Origin: an uncultured delta proteobacterium | Lineage (GTDB): Bacteria > Desulfobacterota > WTBG01 | Length of the DNA: 64,000 nt | Direction: 5' to 3' | Assembly (NCBI GenBank): GCA_963793865.1 | Contig: CAWCBP010000001.1 | Coordinates: 864,001-928,000 of the forward strand | Shown here: one piece after another, positions 59,997 to 64,000 of the stretch | Position numbering within the stretch: the first letter of the stretch is position 1 | How the letters are laid out: each line of letters begins with the position of its first letter | Notes under the pieces: generated by a model | Told to the model about the DNA's origin: nothing | The model's database searches: none | Seen by the model: only the letters and a program-made list of their open reading frames with translations | Position numbers and translations under genes: made by a program

Positions 59997-60710
59997 TTGA
60001 ATCCCTGCTACCATAGAATTCTCCTCAAGCTGAGCGGGCAGGTGCTGGCCGGCGAGTCAGGTTCCGGGATCAATGTCGCCGTTCTCAACAGGATTGCGGG
60101 GGAAATCAAGGAGGTTTCCGACCTGGGCACCGAGGTGGGAATTGTCATCGGCGGCGGCAATATTTTCCGGGGCATATCCGCCCAGAGCCGGGAAATAGAC
60201 CGCGTATCGGCTGATTACATGGGCATGCTGGCCACCATCATTAACAGCATCGCTCTGCAGAATGCCATAGAGCGCCAGGGGGTTCCCAGCCGGGTGCTGA
60301 CGGCAATTAACATGCCGCAGGTGGCGGAGCCGTACATACGCAGGCGGGCAACGAGGCATCTGGAGAAAAAGCGGGTGGTCATATTTGCCGCGGGCACGGG
60401 CAACCCCTATTTTTCCACCGATACCGCGGCCGCTCTCAGGGCCATAGAAATCAATGCCGAAATCATTCTCAAGGCCACCAGGGTTGACGGCATCTATGAC
60501 CGGGATCCGGTTTCGGACAGCGCGGCGCAGCGCTATAGCGATATCAGCTACCTGGAGGTGCTCAACAAGGGTTTGAAGGTAATGGACGCCACCGCCGTCT
60601 CGCTGTGCATGGACAACAAGCTGCCCATGATCATTTTTAGCCTCACCGAGCCGGGGAACATCCGGAAAGTTGTGCTGGGAGATTCGATCGGAACAACCAT
60701 AAAGGGCTGA
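59997..60710 (+). CDS. pyrH: UMP kinase
   Basis: [31 protein letters not shown]. Confidence 0.97.
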   Translation: MNPCYHRILLKLSGQVLAGESGSGINVAVLNRIAGEIKEVSDLGTEVGIVIGGGNIFRGISAQSREIDRVSADYMGMLATIINSIALQNAIERQGVPSRVLTAINMPQVAEPYIRRRATRHLEKKRVVIFAAGTGNPYFSTDTAAALRAIEINAEIILKATRVDGIYDRDPVSDSAAQRYSDISYLEVLNKGLKVMDATAVSLCMDNKLPMIIFSLTEPGNIRKVVLGDSIGTTIKG

Positions 60711-60714
60711 TGAA

Positions 60715-61272
60715 ATGAGTGAAATGCTCGTTCAGGAAACGAAGGAACACATGGAGAAAACCATTCAGGTCCTGCACAAGGATTTAAGCAGGGTGCGTAC
60801 CGGGCGGGCATCGCTGAGCCTGCTTGACGGGATAAAGGTGGATTATTACGGCACGCTCACGCCGATCAACCAGGTGGCGACGCTCTCCATTCCTGAAAGC
60901 AGGCTGATTGCCATACAGCCCTGGGACACCACCGTCATTCCCGAAATCGAGAAGGCCATCCTCAAATCAGAGCTGGGCCTCAATCCCATGAATGACGGCA
61001 AGATAATCCGCATAACCATTCCCAACCTTTCTGAAGAACGCAGAAAGGAGCTGGTAAAAGTGGTAAAGAAAATTGTTGAAGAAGCCAAGGTCACCTTGCG
61101 CAATCACCGCAGGTCCTCCAATGAGGGGCTGAAGGAGCTGAAAAAGGAGAAAGGCCTTTCGGAGGATGATTATTTCAAACGGCATGATGAAATCCAGAAA
61201 ATTACCGACGGGTATATTGCCCTGTGCGATAAGATATCAGGAGAAAAAGAGAAGGAAATTCTTGAATTTTGA
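60715..61272 (+). CDS. frr: Ribosome recycling factor
   Basis: RTGRAS, VDYYG, LGLNP-x-[11 protein letters not shown]. Confidence 0.97.
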   Translation: MSEMLVQETKEHMEKTIQVLHKDLSRVRTGRASLSLLDGIKVDYYGTLTPINQVATLSIPESRLIAIQPWDTTVIPEIEKAILKSELGLNPMNDGKIIRITIPNLSEERRKELVKVVKKIVEEAKVTLRNHRRSSNEGLKELKKEKGLSEDDYFKRHDEIQKITDGYIALCDKISGEKEKEILEF

Positions 61273-61321
61273 CCGTACGCAATAACCCAACCCCATTTTC
61301 GAGTGCAAAGGAGGTGATTTT

Positions 61322-61492
61322 GTGGCTTTTAAAATAACCGATGAATGCGTCGCATGCGGAACCTGTGCTGAAGAGTGCCCCTCAGATGCCATCCATGAAG
61401 GTGATGACATTTATGAAATCAACCAGGATGAGTGCACTGAATGCGGTACCTGTAAAGACGTTTGTCCCACGGAGGCAATTATTGAGGAATGA
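61322..61492 (+). CDS. 2[4Fe-4S] clostridial-type ferredoxin (56 aa, not in the ORF track)
   Basis: AGGAGG RBS, GTG start; MAFKITDECVACGTCAEECPSDAI...ECTECGTCKDVCPTEAIIEE carries two CxxCxxCxxxCP motifs. Confidence 0.92.
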   Translation: MAFKITDECVACGTCAEECPSDAIHEGDDIYEINQDECTECGTCKDVCPTEAIIEE

Positions 61493-61499
61493 GGTTATG

Positions 61500-61529
61500 G
61501 TGCCGAGGCCAGCCTCGGCACTTCCTTTT
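61500..61529 (+). terminator. Rho-independent terminator after the ferredoxin
   Basis: GTGCCGAGG-CCAG-CCTCGGCAC followed by TTCCTTTT. Confidence 0.7.
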
Positions 61530-61715
61530 CCCCTCGTCCATCTTCCTGATCTTCATGCCAGTTGACGGGATAGAGCCGGTATGCACCAATGTATCCGTCC
61601 AGTGACGCTATGAGCGTCAGCCGTTTGGTTGGCGCTCTATAGCAATACATCTTGCCTTACTTCCTTCTCTGTAAACCGTCATGATTGCTACCGCTGCCGA
61701 CAGCATCCCTGACGG

Positions 61716-62468
61716 ATGACGCAGGCGGAAACTATGGACACAAGCAATGTGCCGAAGCACATAGCCATCATCATGGATGGTAACGGACGCTGGGCTGAAA
61801 AACGGTCGCTCAACCGCATTGCCGGACATCGCATGGGCATCAAGCGGGCAAAAGAGATCATCCGCGCCTGCAGGGAACTGGGCATTCAGGTGCTTACCCT
61901 CTACGCCTTCTCCACCGAAAACTGGAACAGACCGCGGCGCGAAATAAGCACCCTCATGTCCCTTTTGAAACGCTTTCTTGCAGCTGAAGGCAGAACACTA
62001 ATCAAAAACAACATCCGCCTTAATGCCATCGGCGCACTGGAAGACCTTCCCGGGGACGTGCGCGATGTTCTGAACGACGTGATGCAGCAGTCGCGCCGCA
62101 ATACCGGCATGGTGCTCAATGCCGCTCTCAGTTACAGCGGAAGAAACGAGATCCTGCAGGCGGTTAAAAATATCTGCCGGGGGGTTTCGGCAGGCAGCGT
62201 TGATCCTTCGCAGATTGACGAAACATTGTTTTCCGATCATCTTTACACCGCCGGTCTGCCCGATCCCGATCTGCTCATCAGAACCAGCGGCGAATACCGG
62301 ATCAGCAATTTTCTTCTCTGGCAGACCGCGTATACCGAGCTGTACATCACCGGAACCCTGTGGCCGGACTTTACAAAGAAGGACTTGCAGCGCGCCATTG
62401 CCGATTACGGCAAACGGGAGAGACGGTTCGGGCTGACGAGACAGCAAATCCAAAAACAGACAGGCTGA
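61716..62468 (+). CDS. uppS: Undecaprenyl diphosphate synthase
   Basis: HIAIIMDGNGRWA, YAFSTENW, DLLIRTSGE-x-RISNFLLWQ. Confidence 0.97.
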   Translation: MTQAETMDTSNVPKHIAIIMDGNGRWAEKRSLNRIAGHRMGIKRAKEIIRACRELGIQVLTLYAFSTENWNRPRREISTLMSLLKRFLAAEGRTLIKNNIRLNAIGALEDLPGDVRDVLNDVMQQSRRNTGMVLNAALSYSGRNEILQAVKNICRGVSAGSVDPSQIDETLFSDHLYTAGLPDPDLLIRTSGEYRISNFLLWQTAYTELYITGTLWPDFTKKDLQRAIADYGKRERRFGLTRQQIQKQTG

Positions 62469-62563
62469 AACTACGAATAGCCTGCCGCTGTCGACAGCAG
62501 CGGCTTCATCCCGGCGGGCGGCAAACCGTCGCAATCCACAGTAATCGGCATCTGGCTCATACC

Positions 62564-63400
62564 GTGCTGCGCAAAAGGATCATAACCGCGCTTATAGGCA
62601 TCCCTCTCCTCGTTGTCGCAATTCAGCGGGGCGGAGAGGCCCTCTTTTTATGCATTGTCATGATAACCGCCGCAGCCGCACTGATGGAGCTGTTCAGCAT
62701 GACATCAACCCGGCCGTCTCTTGTTAAATGGACATCCCTGGCCGCCGGGCTATTTATTATCCTGCTGATCGGGCAGTACCGGCACGTGCTCATCTTTGAA
62801 GGCGCGCAGCATCAGGGCAGCCCTATCAGCCTGCTGCTGACCATGCCCACGCTGACTGTCTTTGCCCTGCTGCTCTTCCTGTATGCCGCATATCCCCGGG
62901 ATACGCTACTGATCAGGCAGCCCTTCGTCACCGTTCTGGGGGTTCTTTACATTTCGTTGTTTTTATCGTATCTTGTGCTGCTCTATGCCGGACAGAATGG
63001 CAGGAAATGGATCTTCTTTCTGCTGATTGTTTTGTGGTGCACTGATATCGGCGCCTATGCCGTCGGGCGCATATGGGGCCGGCACAGGCTTTCACCTCTG
63101 GTCAGTCCGCACAAAACAATTGAGGGCGCTGTCGGCGGACTCATCTTCAGTCTCGTGGCGGCAGTCATATTAAAAAAGCTGCTTTTAGAAGACCTGGGGC
63201 TTGCCCAGGCGGCGGTACTTTCTTTCGTCATTGCCGTGCCGGGACAGGCAGGTGACCTGTGCGAATCGGCGCTTAAGCGGTACTTCGGGGTGAAGGATTC
63301 CGGAACGATGCTGCCCGGGCACGGCGGAATGCTTGACCGCATTGACAGTCTTCTTTTTGCGGCGCCCCTGACATATTATTGTAAAATGCTGATCGCGTAG
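62564..63400 (+). CDS. cdsA: Phosphatidate cytidylyltransferase
   Basis: RIITAL, SPHKTIEG, GDL-x-ES-x2-KR-x2-GVKDSG-x2-LPGHGG-x-LDR-x-DS. Confidence 0.95.
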   Translation: MLRKRIITALIGIPLLVVAIQRGGEALFLCIVMITAAAALMELFSMTSTRPSLVKWTSLAAGLFIILLIGQYRHVLIFEGAQHQGSPISLLLTMPTLTVFALLLFLYAAYPRDTLLIRQPFVTVLGVLYISLFLSYLVLLYAGQNGRKWIFFLLIVLWCTDIGAYAVGRIWGRHRLSPLVSPHKTIEGAVGGLIFSLVAAVILKKLLLEDLGLAQAAVLSFVIAVPGQAGDLCESALKRYFGVKDSGTMLPGHGGMLDRIDSLLFAAPLTYYCKMLIA

Positions 63401-63452
63401 ATCCAGCGCGCACCATGTGCTGAGCGTTCCAACGCTTCCGGGGTCCTGACGG

Positions 63453-64000
63453 ATGAAACACATATCGCTGCTCGGCTCGACAGGTTCAATCGGCGTCAAT
63501 ACCCTTGAGGTGATCCGCCGCTTTCCGGACCGCTTTTCCGTCTGTGCCCTTGCCGCAGGCACAAACCTTGATCTTCTCAGGAAACAGATTGTTGAGTTTA
63601 AACCCCGCCAGGTTTCAGTGCTCAATCAGGCCCTGGCGCGTGACTTAAGAAAAATGCTCCCCGGAAAGCGAAAGCCGGACATTATCCATGGCCGGGAGGG
63701 ACCCGAGACCATCGCCTGCGCCGGGGAGGCTGACATGGTTGTGTCCGCGATTGTCGGGGCTGCCGGCTTGGTCCCGACCTTAAAGGCCATTACCAGCGGC
63801 AAGCAGGTGGCGCTGGCGAATAAGGAGACCCTGGTAATGGCGGGCAAGCTGATCATGAGGGAAGCACGGAAGCACAGGGTTGCCATCATTCCCGTTGACA
63901 GCGAGCACAGCGCTCTTTTTCAGCTTCTGCGGGGGAGAAACAGCGCACAGACCAAGGCAGTCATTCTCACGGCGTCCGGCGGGCCATTCCTGAAGTTCAC
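63453..64000 (+). CDS. dxr: 1-deoxy-D-xylulose-5-phosphate reductoisomerase (3' truncated by the window)
   Basis: LLGSTGSIG, AIVGAAGL, LANKETLV, PVDSEHSALFQ, LTASGGPF. Confidence 0.96.
   Translation, partial: MKHISLLGSTGSIGVNTLEVIRRFPDRFSVCALAAGTNLDLLRKQIVEFKPRQVSVLNQALARDLRKMLPGKRKPDIIHGREGPETIACAGEADMVVSAIVGAAGLVPTLKAITSGKQVALANKETLVMAGKLIMREARKHRVAIIPVDSEHSALFQLLRGRNSAQTKAVILTASGGPFLKF

Overview
Bacterial Gram-negative chromosomal segment. A Deltaproteobacteria/Desulfobacterota-like anaerobe is inferred from gene content (PilB, GlnRS, short EF-Ts, clostridial-type ferredoxin, iron-sulfur flavoprotein); this is not proven. The window opens in the 3' part of a fused restriction-modification methylase/specificity gene, followed by a degenerate integron attC site and a decayed cassette. 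Next come recG, cobO and small enzymes, then a REP-flanked ferredoxin-dependent bilin reductase-like gene beside a bacterioferritin-like gene and an SDR. The middle holds prfB (programmed +1 frameshift), lnt, an acyl-CoA ligase, purB, an LPS core cluster (gmhB, three GT9s, kinases, lptF), pilB, glnS and acpP. An accessory block at 35-52 kb carries a rifampin phosphotransferase-like PEP-utiliser, two frameshifted TRL-like lipoproteins, a light/oxidative-stress set (photolyase, DUF523/DUF1722, crtI, heterodimeric lycopene cyclase, crtE-like, TIGR01777, msrAB, lipocalin) and a peptidase S51 fused to a CysRS-like C-terminus. The window ends with plsC, trpF, secA (8-Cys insert), argJ and rpsB-tsf-pyrH-frr-ferredoxin-uppS-cdsA-dxr. 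No rRNA, tRNA, CRISPR array or transposase was recognised. All family calls come from motif recognition by eye, not from database searches.
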